Below are positions 18,411 through 27,022 of a stretch of 38,954 bases of DNA, piece after piece. Origin of the DNA: an archaeon (GTDB lineage: Archaea; Undinarchaeota; Undinarchaeia; Undinarchaeales; JALTGF01); NCBI GenBank assembly GCA_027077325.1, contig JALTGF010000019.1:1-38954 (forward strand), read 5' to 3'. The stretch's first letter is position 1, and every line of letters starts with the position of its first letter. The notes below the pieces were generated by a model, which was not told the DNA's origin, ran no database searches, and worked only from the letters and a program-made list of their open reading frames with translations. A program made the translations under genes and the position numbers.

Positions 18411-19205
18411 ATGATATTAGTTGTTGTAACTGCAATACTCATATTTGTGATATCCCTGGTTTTTTCAATGTTTGGAAAGGGCGGGGGCGAGCTGTACCTT
18501 CCAGTTATGCTTATGCTCCTAAGCATTTCGTTCTATACTGCTGCCGGAGTTAGCTTGTTTTTAATATTTTTACAAAGCATTTCAATGATTTTTGTTTATT
18601 CTAGAAAACATCGGCTTATAGATTGGAAACTTGCAGTTATCCTTTCGATTATCGTAGGCGGCTCGTCATTTCTTGGGGGGTTTTTCTCAGTTGGAGTGTC
18701 TGCTCTGTATCTTAAGGTGGTGTTTGCAGCGTTTTTGATATTTTCCGCGTTCCTTCTTTTTTTAAATAAAAACAAAAAGGTAGAACTTGGAAAATTTGGC
18801 GTGTGGCACAGAGAATTTGGTGGCGGGCAGTACAATGTCCATATTTTGTACCTCATTGTACCGATTATGTTAGCAGCGTTCTTAGCGGGGATGATTGGCA
18901 TATCTGGCGGTGGTCTAATTGTTCCAATTGCTGTGCTTCTTGGAGGAGTGCCAATACGAATTGCAATGGGAACAAACACAGTTCTTGTTCTTGTCGCTTC
19001 ATCAATGGGATTTTTGGGGCATATGACAAACGGTAGCATTGACTGGAGGTTATGTATTTTGTTTGGTTCGGTGATCCTAGCTGGTTCTCAAATTGGAGCC
19101 CGCATGCATGCAAAAGTTAGTGAAAAAAACTTGAGGTTGGGGCTTGCATTAATACTCCTATTTGCAGCAGGATTAATGATACTAAAAACATTACTTATGA
19201 GTTAG
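18411..19205 (+). CDS. TSUP (TauE/SafE) family transporter
   Basis: Two repeats of the GxGGG motif (GKGGGELY; GISGGGLIVP), AMGT, about 8 TM. Confidence 0.9.
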   Translation: MILVVVTAILIFVISLVFSMFGKGGGELYLPVMLMLLSISFYTAAGVSLFLIFLQSISMIFVYSRKHRLIDWKLAVILSIIVGGSSFLGGFFSVGVSALYLKVVFAAFLIFSAFLLFLNKNKKVELGKFGVWHREFGGGQYNVHILYLIVPIMLAAFLAGMIGISGGGLIVPIAVLLGGVPIRIAMGTNTVLVLVASSMGFLGHMTNGSIDWRLCILFGSVILAGSQIGARMHAKVSEKNLRLGLALILLFAAGLMILKTLLMS

Positions 19206-19232
19206 GGATCCAAAAAATAAAGAGGAGTTGCA

Positions 19233-19568
19233 CTAGATTAGTTTTGCATTTTCAAGAAATTCAAGATATTTCTCTTTAGGGAGAGAGATAATAACCGGGT
19301 TTCCTTCTGCAGCATAGACACTAATGTCTTCATAAATGCCTTTTTTTAACAAATCTTTAACTGCACTGTTTTGGGATGAATTTAGCAAATCAACACAGAG
19401 CTCAAATTCATATTTTTTAGAACCGGAAACTTTTATAATGAGTTTGCTAAAATTTTTTAGGTCATCGCGAATTTTAAATGGGCCTACATTTTCCTTTGAA
19501 TTCACAAGCTTGTTTATTCTGTCTGCAATTTCCCTTTTTGGGCGTAAATCAGGCATTTTTAACACCAA
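19233..19568 (-). CDS. Hypothetical protein
   Basis: 111-aa ORF with a TATA-like element upstream; start may be the ATG at 19556. Confidence 0.6.
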   Translation of the reverse strand: MVLKMPDLRPKREIADRINKLVNSKENVGPFKIRDDLKNFSKLIIKVSGSKKYEFELCVDLLNSSQNSAVKDLLKKGIYEDISVYAAEGNPVIISLPKEKYLEFLENAKLI

Positions 19569-19606
19569 GGGGTATTAGTCTCTTTAGAGATATAAAAAGA
19601 TTTTGA

Positions 19607-19788
19607 TGCGGGGGGCAGGATTTTCAGCCGCTACCGCGAATTTTAGTGGGGCTTCTGCCGAAGGCAGAACGCAAAGCTTTCAACAAGCCCCACGCTTACG
19701 CCCGCAGCAGCGGGCATTTGAACCTGCGAACCCACTAAGGGACAAGGCCCTAAACCTTGCGCCTTTGACCAGGCTTGGCAACCCCCGC
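19607..19788 (-). tRNA. tRNA-Leu(UAG) with a 96-nt T-loop intron (59/60; intron 19621-19716)
   Basis: Acceptor GCGGGGG/CCCCCGC+A, anticodon arm CAAGG-TT TAG GG-CCTTG and a long variable arm. T-arm GCAGG-TTCAAA|T-CCTGC is split by a BHB-forming insert. Confidence 0.93.
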
Positions 19789-19792
19789 AATA

Positions 19793-19907
19793 TGCCCCAG
19801 CCGGGATGTTCAGCCATGCTGAACGCACGAAGCGACAGCAACAGCATTTGAACCCGGGTCTCCGCCTCGAAAGGGCGGAATGATTGACCGGACTACACTA
19901 CCGGGGC
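19793..19907 (-). tRNA. tRNA-Glu(UUC) with a 40-nt T-loop intron (59/60; intron 19807-19846)
   Basis: Acceptor GCCCCGG/CTGGGGC+A and anticodon loop CT TTC GA. T-arm CCGGG-TTCAAA|T-CCCGG carries a BHB. It lies 4 nt upstream of tRNA-Leu (tandem pair). Confidence 0.95.
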
Positions 19908-19971
19908 ATTTTTATATTGTGCCAGATTTGTACCTTTCTTTTGGGATATGCCATTAATAAATATTTGTATC

Positions 19972-21066
19972 TCACTCTTTTATCTTAAATCCGATAAGCA
20001 TTGCAATAAAAGCGATAACAGAGATTATTAAGATTGTAGCTCTAAAGCCAAAAAATAAAACAAGAAACCCAGAGAGAGGCGGACCAAGGATGACACCAAT
20101 GCTTCGGCTCGATTGCAGCAAGCCGGCAACTGTTGCTTTTTCCATATTCTTTTTTAAGAGGTAGGTATTTGAACCAACATAAAGAGTTCCCCAGGCAATG
20201 CCCAATAGGAAAAATATAGGGATTAACCACTGGAGGGAAGGAGTTATAGCCACAAGTATAAACACAAAGATTGAAACAACCAGACCAATCCTTATTAAAG
20301 TCGTATCTTTTAGTTTTGCCCTTGCAGACAGGTTCATCACAAAGAACTGCACAAAAGAATTTATGCCAAAAAGATAAGAAACAAAAGCCGCCGTCCCGCC
20401 CAAGAAAACAACATAAAGAGGCATAAGCATCCAAATTGCATGGGCAGCTAAATTTCTAAGGAGAAATGAAGTAAACAGGGCAGAGTTCTTTTTAATTAAA
20501 TTTATAGGAACCAAGGGGATTTTAATTTTAGAAATTTTTTCATAATGAATTAGTAATGAGATTATAAAAGCCATAAAGAAGGGCACTGAAAAAACTGCAA
20601 ATAGAAAGTTTAATGAAAAAAATCCTGTCAAATAACCGCCAATAAAAACGCCAGTCCCCCATCCCAAACTTTGAAAGCCAAGAAAACTTCCAACTGCCTT
20701 TCTTGAGCCAGTGCCCCCAACATAGGCAATCATTGGTCCGGTGTATAGCCCAATTCCAAGACCATACAGGATTCTGGCAAAAGTTAAGAATAAAAGCGAA
20801 CTTGCAAAGTAGTGGAGGATTGCTGCAAGAGTAACCAATGCAAGCCCTGTTGAAATTAGATTTTTTCTTAACGCTTTTGAATCGGAGAAATGCCCCGCCA
20901 AATAGAAAGTCAAAGCAGAAGAGATTGCATAAATTGAAACAATGAGCCCAATCAAACTATAATTTGCGCCCAACTTTTTTGCATAAAGAGGGAATAGCAA
21001 AAAGATTATACTGCTCCCAAATCCAACAAGGAACGAGATGAGATAACGTTTTGTAGATGATTTCAT
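19972..21066 (-). CDS. MFS transporter
   Basis: About 12 TM, with motif A-like GHFSDSKALRK and ARILYGLG. ATG at 21066 (track TTG 21075). Confidence 0.9.
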   Translation of the reverse strand: MKSSTKRYLISFLVGFGSSIIFLLFPLYAKKLGANYSLIGLIVSIYAISSALTFYLAGHFSDSKALRKNLISTGLALVTLAAILHYFASSLLFLTFARILYGLGIGLYTGPMIAYVGGTGSRKAVGSFLGFQSLGWGTGVFIGGYLTGFFSLNFLFAVFSVPFFMAFIISLLIHYEKISKIKIPLVPINLIKKNSALFTSFLLRNLAAHAIWMLMPLYVVFLGGTAAFVSYLFGINSFVQFFVMNLSARAKLKDTTLIRIGLVVSIFVFILVAITPSLQWLIPIFFLLGIAWGTLYVGSNTYLLKKNMEKATVAGLLQSSRSIGVILGPPLSGFLVLFFGFRATILIISVIAFIAMLIGFKIKE

Positions 21067-21079
21067 TTTGAGCAAAAAG

Positions 21080-21177
21080 TGGGCCCGTCGAGATTTGAAC
21101 TCGAGACCTTACGCTTTCTCAGGCGTTGAAACGCCGCCATATAAGGCGTACGCTCCACCAAGCTAAGCTACGGGCCC
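21080..21177 (-). tRNA. tRNA-Ile(UAU) with a 24-nt canonical 37/38 intron (21116-21139)
   Basis: Acceptor GGGCCCG/CGGGCCC+A. The BHB (CTTA/TGAG helix, TAT and AAA bulges) gives a spliced loop CT TAT AA inside stem TACGC/GCGTA. T-arm TCGAG-TTCAAAT-CTCGA. Confidence 0.92.
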
Positions 21178-21178
21178 T

Positions 21179-21343
21179 TTATCGAGAGGGTTTGAGAACG
21201 CCCTTAACATAGTAATCCACATGACCACATGTTTGGCAGATATACGCGGTTACGCCTCCAATAGTTTCGCCTTCTTTAAACTCATAACCACCACATGAGC
21301 CACATCGGATATAATGGCCATGTTTATTTTTGAATTTAGTCAT
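21179..21343 (-). CDS. 54-aa zinc-ribbon protein (MTKFKNKHGHYIRCGSCGGYEFKEGETIGGVTAYICQTCGHVDYYVKGVLKPSR)
   Basis: Manual translation (below the ORF-track cutoff). Two CxxCG knuckles, SD GGTGA at 21352-21348, and a start 11 nt after the ileS stop. Confidence 0.85.
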   Translation of the reverse strand: MTKFKNKHGHYIRCGSCGGYEFKEGETIGGVTAYICQTCGHVDYYVKGVLKPSR

Positions 21344-21354
21344 AGTATCACCAT

Positions 21355-24282
21355 TTAAACCTTATTAAATGAGATTATTATGTCTTTCCCCTCAAAGTTT
21401 AGGGAGCCCTTGAACTCTCCTTTTGATTCTTCAGAGGAAATGTTTAGATCTTTTGCTCCAACCTTTTCAGCAATTTCCTTCCTAAACTTTTGCAAGGCAT
21501 CAACAATAGAGGAGTCCTTGCTTGAAACATTTAAAGATATTTTATCAGTAACCTTGAAATTGTTCTTTTTTCTAAGCACTTGGACTGCCCGCATTACTTC
21601 TCTTGCCATTGCTTCTTCGCGAATTTCTTGAGTTATTTCAGTATCAAGGTAAAGTTTTCCAAACCCAAACTCTTTTTCAACTCCCTTTGAATTGCCAAAG
21701 GTTAATTTCTTTACATTTGCCTGTTCTTTTATGATTTCATTAAAGGTTTCTAAGGCTTGCTTCACTTCATCGTCGCCATCCACCGCCAGTTCGTTTAGTG
21801 GCCACCTGAGTTTGATCTTTGCTTCTTCCCTTGCAAACCTCGAAGATTCAATAATGCTTCTTGCAATTGCCATATACTTTTCAATTTCAGGGTGAATTAA
21901 GTTTTCATCTGGCACTGGCCATTTGTACATATGAATTGACTCTTTGCTTTCCTTTTCAAATTTCCTTACTAGGTTTTGATAAATTTCTTCAGTATGGTAG
22001 GGAATTATAGGCACCGCCAGGAGTAAGAACCTCTTTAAGACATCATACAAAACCTTAAACGCGATTAGCTTATCCTCTCCTTTTGCAGAAACCCAGGTCC
22101 GATTCCTTATTAATTTTATGTACCATCGGGATAGATCTTCCACCAAGAAAACCCGCAGTTTTTCAGGAATTTCAGGGAACATATAGGACTCAAAAGCATG
22201 TGTTATATCTTGGGTTAGCGTGTTTATTCTTGAAAGAATCCATTTGTCTTCTGGTTTTAGCTTTTCTGGATCTAGAGAGAATTCCTCTGGATTGAAATCT
22301 TCAAGTTCCATATATTTTGAAAACTGAAAAGTGTTCCAAAGAGTATTTAGGGCGCGGTAGGACTCATCTAGGTCCTTCCAGTTAAACTTTAAGTCCTCAC
22401 CTGGATTTGCCGCCGCGAGGCAATATAAACGCCATCCATCTGCGCCAACCTTTTTAATTACCTCTTCAGGACTTACAATGTTTCCAACGGACTTGCTCAT
22501 TTTCATGCCTTTTTCATCTGCAACAAACCCATGCATATAAACAGACTTGTAAGGGGATATGCCGTGAGAAGCCACACTTAAGCACATTAAGGAGTTAAAC
22601 CATCCGCGGATTTGGTCCTTTCCTTCCGTAATGAAGTCTGCAGGCCACCACTTATCAAACTCTTCCTTGTTCTTTGGGAAACCAAGAGATGCCCAAATTG
22701 CAGCCCCGGAGTCAAGCCACACATCAAGAATGTCAGGAACTCTTTGCATTTCTTCTCCGCAAACATCGCATTTTAATTTTACTTGATCAATCCAAGGCCT
22801 GTGCAAGTCCTTAACTTCCTGTCCAAGTTCCTCGCGAGAGCCAATTACCTTGATATGCCCATTCTTGCATTTCCATATTGGGAGGGGAATTCCCCAAAAC
22901 CTCTGGCGAGAGATGCACCAGTCCTGCAAGTTTTCAAGCCAGTCCCTAAACCACTTAGATCCCGCCCATTCTGGAACCCACTTAACATTTTTATTTTCTT
23001 CAATTAATTTGTCTTTTAACTTAGAAACGCCGAGGTACCATTGATCAGTTGCCCTAAATATAACTGGGCTTTTGCACCTCCAGCAGTGTGGGTATTCGTG
23101 CTCGACCTTCGATTCAAAAACAAGTAGCCCTTTTTCTTTCAGATCATTAATGATTTTTCCGTCATCTTTTTTTGCCCTTAGACCAATATATTTTCCAGCA
23201 TCTTTTGTAAAGATACCATTCTCATCTACTGGACAAAATGCTGGAATATTGTAATGTTTTCCAACTTCAAAGTCCTCTGGGCCCGTTCCTGGCGCACAAT
23301 GAACACAACCAGAACCGGCACTTAAGGTTACAAAGTCAGGGAAGATGTCATCTCCAACTGTTAGGATTCTGTGAGCGTTTTCAATTTCACTTCTAAACTC
23401 CTTTTGCTTTGGAACTTCTTCAAGGAATGGATGAACATACCTGAGTCCATGCAATTTTGTTCCTTTAAATTCTTCAATTATGTGATATTTTTTTCCAATA
23501 ACACCAAGAAGCGCATGAACTAAACCTTTTGCCAATATCCATACCTCGTCTTCCACTTGAACGCGAACATAATCGAGGTCAGGATGAACTGCAACAAACA
23601 TATTTGAGGGCAGTGTCCAGGGCGTTGTTGTCCAAATTAAAACATACTCGTTTTCTTTTCCCTCAATTTTAAATTTAACAAATACTGAATTTTCTGAAAC
23701 AGTCTTGTAGTCAAGTTCGTGCTTTGCAAGGGCAGTTGCACATCTTGGGCACCAAGTAACAACTTTAGGCCCTTGGTAAAGCAATCCATTTTCATGTGCT
23801 TTTTTGAGAGACCACCAAGCGCCTTCGATATAAGAATTGTCAAGCGTTCGATATGGGTGCTTCCAATCCATCCACACCCCAAGCTTCTTAAATTGCTCAG
23901 CCATCATATCAAGATTTTTTAAAGCAAACGCTTTACACTTTTCAATAAAATTATCCATCCCAATTTTTTCAATAATCTCTTTTTTGTTCTTAATTCCAAG
24001 ATTTTCCTCAACTTTTACTTCAATTGGAAGTCCGTGCATGTCAAAGCCGGGCTGGTCGTGCACATTATAGCCCTGCATTCGCTTGTACCTTAAAAAGGAA
24101 TCTTTTAGGACCTTGTTCCAAGCCGTGCCTAGATGAATTGAGCCAGTTGTGTAAGGTGGCCCGTCATTAAAATAAAAGCGCTCGTCTGCTTCGTGCAGTT
24201 TCTTTACTTTCTCATAAATTGAATTTTCTTCCCAGTAGGAGGAAACTTTCTTTTCTATTTCTTGAGGATTAAATCTTTCCAT
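21355..24282 (-). CDS. ileS: Isoleucine--tRNA ligase (archaeal/eukaryote type)
   Basis: DGPPY, HIGH-like HLGT, WTTTPWT editing motif, DWCISRQRFWG and KMSKS. Confidence 0.97.
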   Translation of the reverse strand: MERFNPQEIEKKVSSYWEENSIYEKVKKLHEADERFYFNDGPPYTTGSIHLGTAWNKVLKDSFLRYKRMQGYNVHDQPGFDMHGLPIEVKVEENLGIKNKKEIIEKIGMDNFIEKCKAFALKNLDMMAEQFKKLGVWMDWKHPYRTLDNSYIEGAWWSLKKAHENGLLYQGPKVVTWCPRCATALAKHELDYKTVSENSVFVKFKIEGKENEYVLIWTTTPWTLPSNMFVAVHPDLDYVRVQVEDEVWILAKGLVHALLGVIGKKYHIIEEFKGTKLHGLRYVHPFLEEVPKQKEFRSEIENAHRILTVGDDIFPDFVTLSAGSGCVHCAPGTGPEDFEVGKHYNIPAFCPVDENGIFTKDAGKYIGLRAKKDDGKIINDLKEKGLLVFESKVEHEYPHCWRCKSPVIFRATDQWYLGVSKLKDKLIEENKNVKWVPEWAGSKWFRDWLENLQDWCISRQRFWGIPLPIWKCKNGHIKVIGSREELGQEVKDLHRPWIDQVKLKCDVCGEEMQRVPDILDVWLDSGAAIWASLGFPKNKEEFDKWWPADFITEGKDQIRGWFNSLMCLSVASHGISPYKSVYMHGFVADEKGMKMSKSVGNIVSPEEVIKKVGADGWRLYCLAAANPGEDLKFNWKDLDESYRALNTLWNTFQFSKYMELEDFNPEEFSLDPEKLKPEDKWILSRINTLTQDITHAFESYMFPEIPEKLRVFLVEDLSRWYIKLIRNRTWVSAKGEDKLIAFKVLYDVLKRFLLLAVPIIPYHTEEIYQNLVRKFEKESKESIHMYKWPVPDENLIHPEIEKYMAIARSIIESSRFAREEAKIKLRWPLNELAVDGDDEVKQALETFNEIIKEQANVKKLTFGNSKGVEKEFGFGKLYLDTEITQEIREEAMAREVMRAVQVLRKKNNFKVTDKISLNVSSKDSSIVDALQKFRKEIAEKVGAKDLNISSEESKGEFKGSLNFEGKDIIISFNKV

Positions 24283-24321
24283 TGCTCATACATAGAGAGT
24301 TTTTATTTATTAACTTATAGA

Positions 24322-24363
24322 CCTCTCGGTGCCCCATAAACTTTTCGAAAAGGAGCACAGAGG
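24322..24363 (-). promoter_or_regulatory. GC-rich hairpin in the ileS upstream region
   Basis: CCTCTGTGCTCC (24363-24352) pairs with GGGGCAC-CG-AGAGG (24335-24322), with an apical CTTT-TCGA-AAAG hairpin. Confidence 0.6.
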
Positions 24364-24374
24364 GCCAGCTGAAA

Positions 24375-24419
24375 CTAATTTCGTATTATTATAGTTTCAA
24401 TTATTGTGCTCATTATCAT
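24375..24419 (-). CDS. Putative Ile(AUA)-rich leader peptide MIMSTIIETIIIRN (or MSTIIETIIIRN from 24413)
   Basis: ATG ATA ATG AGC ACA ATA ATT GAA ACT ATA ATA ATA CGA AAT TAG: 6 Ile codons in 14, five of them ATA. It follows a TATA box and precedes ileS. Confidence 0.5.
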   Translation of the reverse strand: MIMSTIIETIIIRN

Positions 24420-24435
24420 AACAGAGCTTTGGAAG

Positions 24436-24450
24436 ATATAAATAATTTTT
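24436..24450 (-). promoter_or_regulatory. Putative promoter (A-rich BRE + TATA TTTATAT) for the ileS leader
   Basis: TATA at 24442-24436 puts the expected start site near the second leader ATG (24413), i.e. a leaderless uORF. Confidence 0.5.
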
Positions 24451-24456
24451 GATTAT

Positions 24457-25749
24457 TCACCGTACCATTTTTAGCCTAGACATCACTTCGTACAATAGAA
24501 ATGCAAAAATCAAAAATATGAATCCATAAATAAGAACCTTTAACTCAATATAGGAAATCATAAAGAGGTTTATCAACAAGCCGAATACGGGCACCAGGGG
24601 AAGCCTCCCAACTGATAATGGAATTTTAAATGGTCTTGATGCATTTGGATGCGTAAACCTGAGCATTATAACACTGCCATTTATTATTATGAAAGTTATG
24701 AAAATTGCTAGATTTGTCAAATCTGCAATTGCCTCAAGCCCGCCAAAGAATAGGAACAAAATTGAAAATCCAGAAATTGCCAAAATTGTTGCCCAAGGAG
24801 TTTTTCTTCTTGGATGAATCCAAGAGAATATTTTTGGGAAAGAACCATCTCTTGCCATTCCATAAGCTAATCGAGAATTTGCTAATAAAATCAAAAGAAC
24901 CGTGTTTGAAGTTGAAAAAAGTGCTATTACTGCGATTATTGTAAAAATTTTTTGACCAAATACGACAGCAGCTACATCTGCTAAGGGGGAGGTTGATGCT
25001 CCAAGCTCTTGCCACCCAAGAACACTAACTGCCGCAAGCGCAACGAGAACATAAATAACAGTTGTGATTGCAATTGACAAAAGAACCGCAAGAGGGATAT
25101 TTCTAGTGGGATTCTTAACCTCTTCAGCCATATTTACTATTTCTTCAAAACCTATGTATGCAAAAAATATCAAAGCCGCTGCACTAAAAACACCCTTTAT
25201 TCCAAAGGGCATTATCATAAAGTTTATAGAACCAAGATGAGGCAGACCAATTGCGATTATTATAAAAAGGCCAGTTGCTTCAACCAAAGTAAAAAGGGCA
25301 CCAAGGCCTGCCGATTGTTTGACACCATAAAGCAAGATTGCAGTACAGGCAAGTATTAAAGCAATTGCTGTTGGAATAATAGGGGTGTGAAAGATTGCAT
25401 TGAAATATCCTGCAAAACCAAGAGATACTGCAGACGACGCGATAGTTATTCCTGAAACTAACAGAAATCCAACAAGAAATGCTGCATGCCTTCCAAATGC
25501 ATTTTCAGTATAAACATATTCTGCACCAGCGCGCGGAAACATTGAGGAAAGTTCAGAATAACTTAAGCCAGTAAATAAAGAAACAAGTGCTGCAAGAATG
25601 AAGGAGATCCAAACAGCATTCCCGGCAAGACCTGCTGCTTTTCCAACTAAAACATAAATTCCAGCACCGAGAACAATACCAACTCCACAAAGAGTTGCCT
25701 CAAAAAGCCCAATTGAGCGCTGAAGTTTAACTTGTTTTCCCTTTGACAT
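24457..25749 (-). CDS. APC-family amino acid permease
   Basis: GIVLGAGIY, ELSSMFPRAGAEY, FAYIGFE, AEEVKNP and SRLAYGMARDG. Likely start MSKGK at 25749. Confidence 0.92.
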   Translation of the reverse strand: MSKGKQVKLQRSIGLFEATLCGVGIVLGAGIYVLVGKAAGLAGNAVWISFILAALVSLFTGLSYSELSSMFPRAGAEYVYTENAFGRHAAFLVGFLLVSGITIASSAVSLGFAGYFNAIFHTPIIPTAIALILACTAILLYGVKQSAGLGALFTLVEATGLFIIIAIGLPHLGSINFMIMPFGIKGVFSAAALIFFAYIGFEEIVNMAEEVKNPTRNIPLAVLLSIAITTVIYVLVALAAVSVLGWQELGASTSPLADVAAVVFGQKIFTIIAVIALFSTSNTVLLILLANSRLAYGMARDGSFPKIFSWIHPRRKTPWATILAISGFSILFLFFGGLEAIADLTNLAIFITFIIINGSVIMLRFTHPNASRPFKIPLSVGRLPLVPVFGLLINLFMISYIELKVLIYGFIFLIFAFLLYEVMSRLKMVR

Positions 25750-25780
25750 AATTAGAGATAAATGAGAGAAGTTTATTAAT

Positions 25781-27022
25781 TTAATCCATATTATTGACAA
25801 TTTCTCTTGCAAACTCCGAACATTTCACTTTTGTCGCGCCTTCAATTTGCCTAGCCAAGTCATAGGTAACTTTTTTGCTTTTAATCGCACCTTCAATTCC
25901 TTTAATGATTAAATCACTAACTTCTGTCCAGCCAAGATACTGAAACATCATAGCACCAGAGAGTATCAGCGAACTTGGATTTACCTCATCCTTCCCGGCA
26001 TGCTTTGGTGCAGAACCGTGTGTTGCCTCAAAAATTGCCTTGCCATTTTCATAGTTTATATTTGCCCCCGGAGCCATTCCAAGACCGCCAACTTGAGCAG
26101 CGCAAGCATCACTTACATAGTCGCCATTTAGGTTTGGCGTTGCAATAACATCATACTCATTTGGTCTTAAAAGCAATTGCTGAAACATTGCATCTGCAAT
26201 TCTGTCTTTGATAACAATTTTGCCCTCTGCAGATGCACCATCCTTAATTTCTTTTTCAGTTACAGTTATACCAGAAAACTCATCTTTTGCAACTTCATAA
26301 CCCCATTCCCTAAAGGCACCTTCCGTATATTTCATAATATTTCCCTTGTGGACTAAGGTTACAGATTTTCGATTGTGCTTAATTGCATAATTAATCGCAG
26401 CACGGACAAGCCGCTTTGATGCGTATTCACTTATTGGCTTTATCCCAATTCCAGAATCATTTCGCACTTTTACATTCATCTCATTTTTCAGAAATTCAAT
26501 AACTTTTTTTGCTTCTGGCGTATCTTTTGCCCACTCAATTCCTGCATAAACATCTTCCGTATTTTCTCTAAAGACAACAATGTTTAGCAAGTCAGGGCGT
26601 TTCATAGGGCTTGGGACACCAGGATAATACCGGACCGGCCTAACGCAGCAGTATAAGTCAAGAACCTGCCTTAATGTGACATTCAAACTTCTATAGCCAC
26701 CGCCAACAGGCGTTGTTAATGGCCCTTTAATTGCAACTTTAAAATAGCTGATTGCATCAATTGTTTCCTGCGGCAAAGGGTCAAGGCCTTTTGCAATTGC
26801 CTCTTCACCTGCAAGGAGATCAAACCAAACAACCTTTCTTTTTCCGCCATATGCCCTCTCAACTGCTGCATTAAAGACAATCTCAGCAGCTGGGCTGATA
26901 TCAACACCAATTCCATCTCCCCGAATTCGGCAGATTATTGGATTATCTGGGGTGATTGGCTTCCCCTCTTTGAACTGAATTAGTTCGCCTTCTTCTGGCG
27001 GTTTATAAAGTTTGAATTCCAT
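25781..27022 (-). CDS. icd: Isocitrate dehydrogenase (dimeric type, probably NADP+)
   Basis: [52 protein letters not shown] and VTYDLAR. Confidence 0.96.
   Translation of the reverse strand: MEFKLYKPPEEGELIQFKEGKPITPDNPIICRIRGDGIGVDISPAAEIVFNAAVERAYGGKRKVVWFDLLAGEEAIAKGLDPLPQETIDAISYFKVAIKGPLTTPVGGGYRSLNVTLRQVLDLYCCVRPVRYYPGVPSPMKRPDLLNIVVFRENTEDVYAGIEWAKDTPEAKKVIEFLKNEMNVKVRNDSGIGIKPISEYASKRLVRAAINYAIKHNRKSVTLVHKGNIMKYTEGAFREWGYEVAKDEFSGITVTEKEIKDGASAEGKIVIKDRIADAMFQQLLLRPNEYDVIATPNLNGDYVSDACAAQVGGLGMAPGANINYENGKAIFEATHGSAPKHAGKDEVNPSSLILSGAMMFQYLGWTEVSDLIIKGIEGAIKSKKVTYDLARQIEGATKVKCSEFAREIVNNMD

Noticed and set aside
19621..19716. C/D box guide RNA inside the Leu intron
   Set aside because: CTGA is explained by BHB pairing, and no box C (RTGATGA) is present.
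19603..19851. 82-aa (+) and 61-aa (-) ORFs
   Set aside because: They overlap the tRNA-Leu/tRNA-Glu tandem and its introns.
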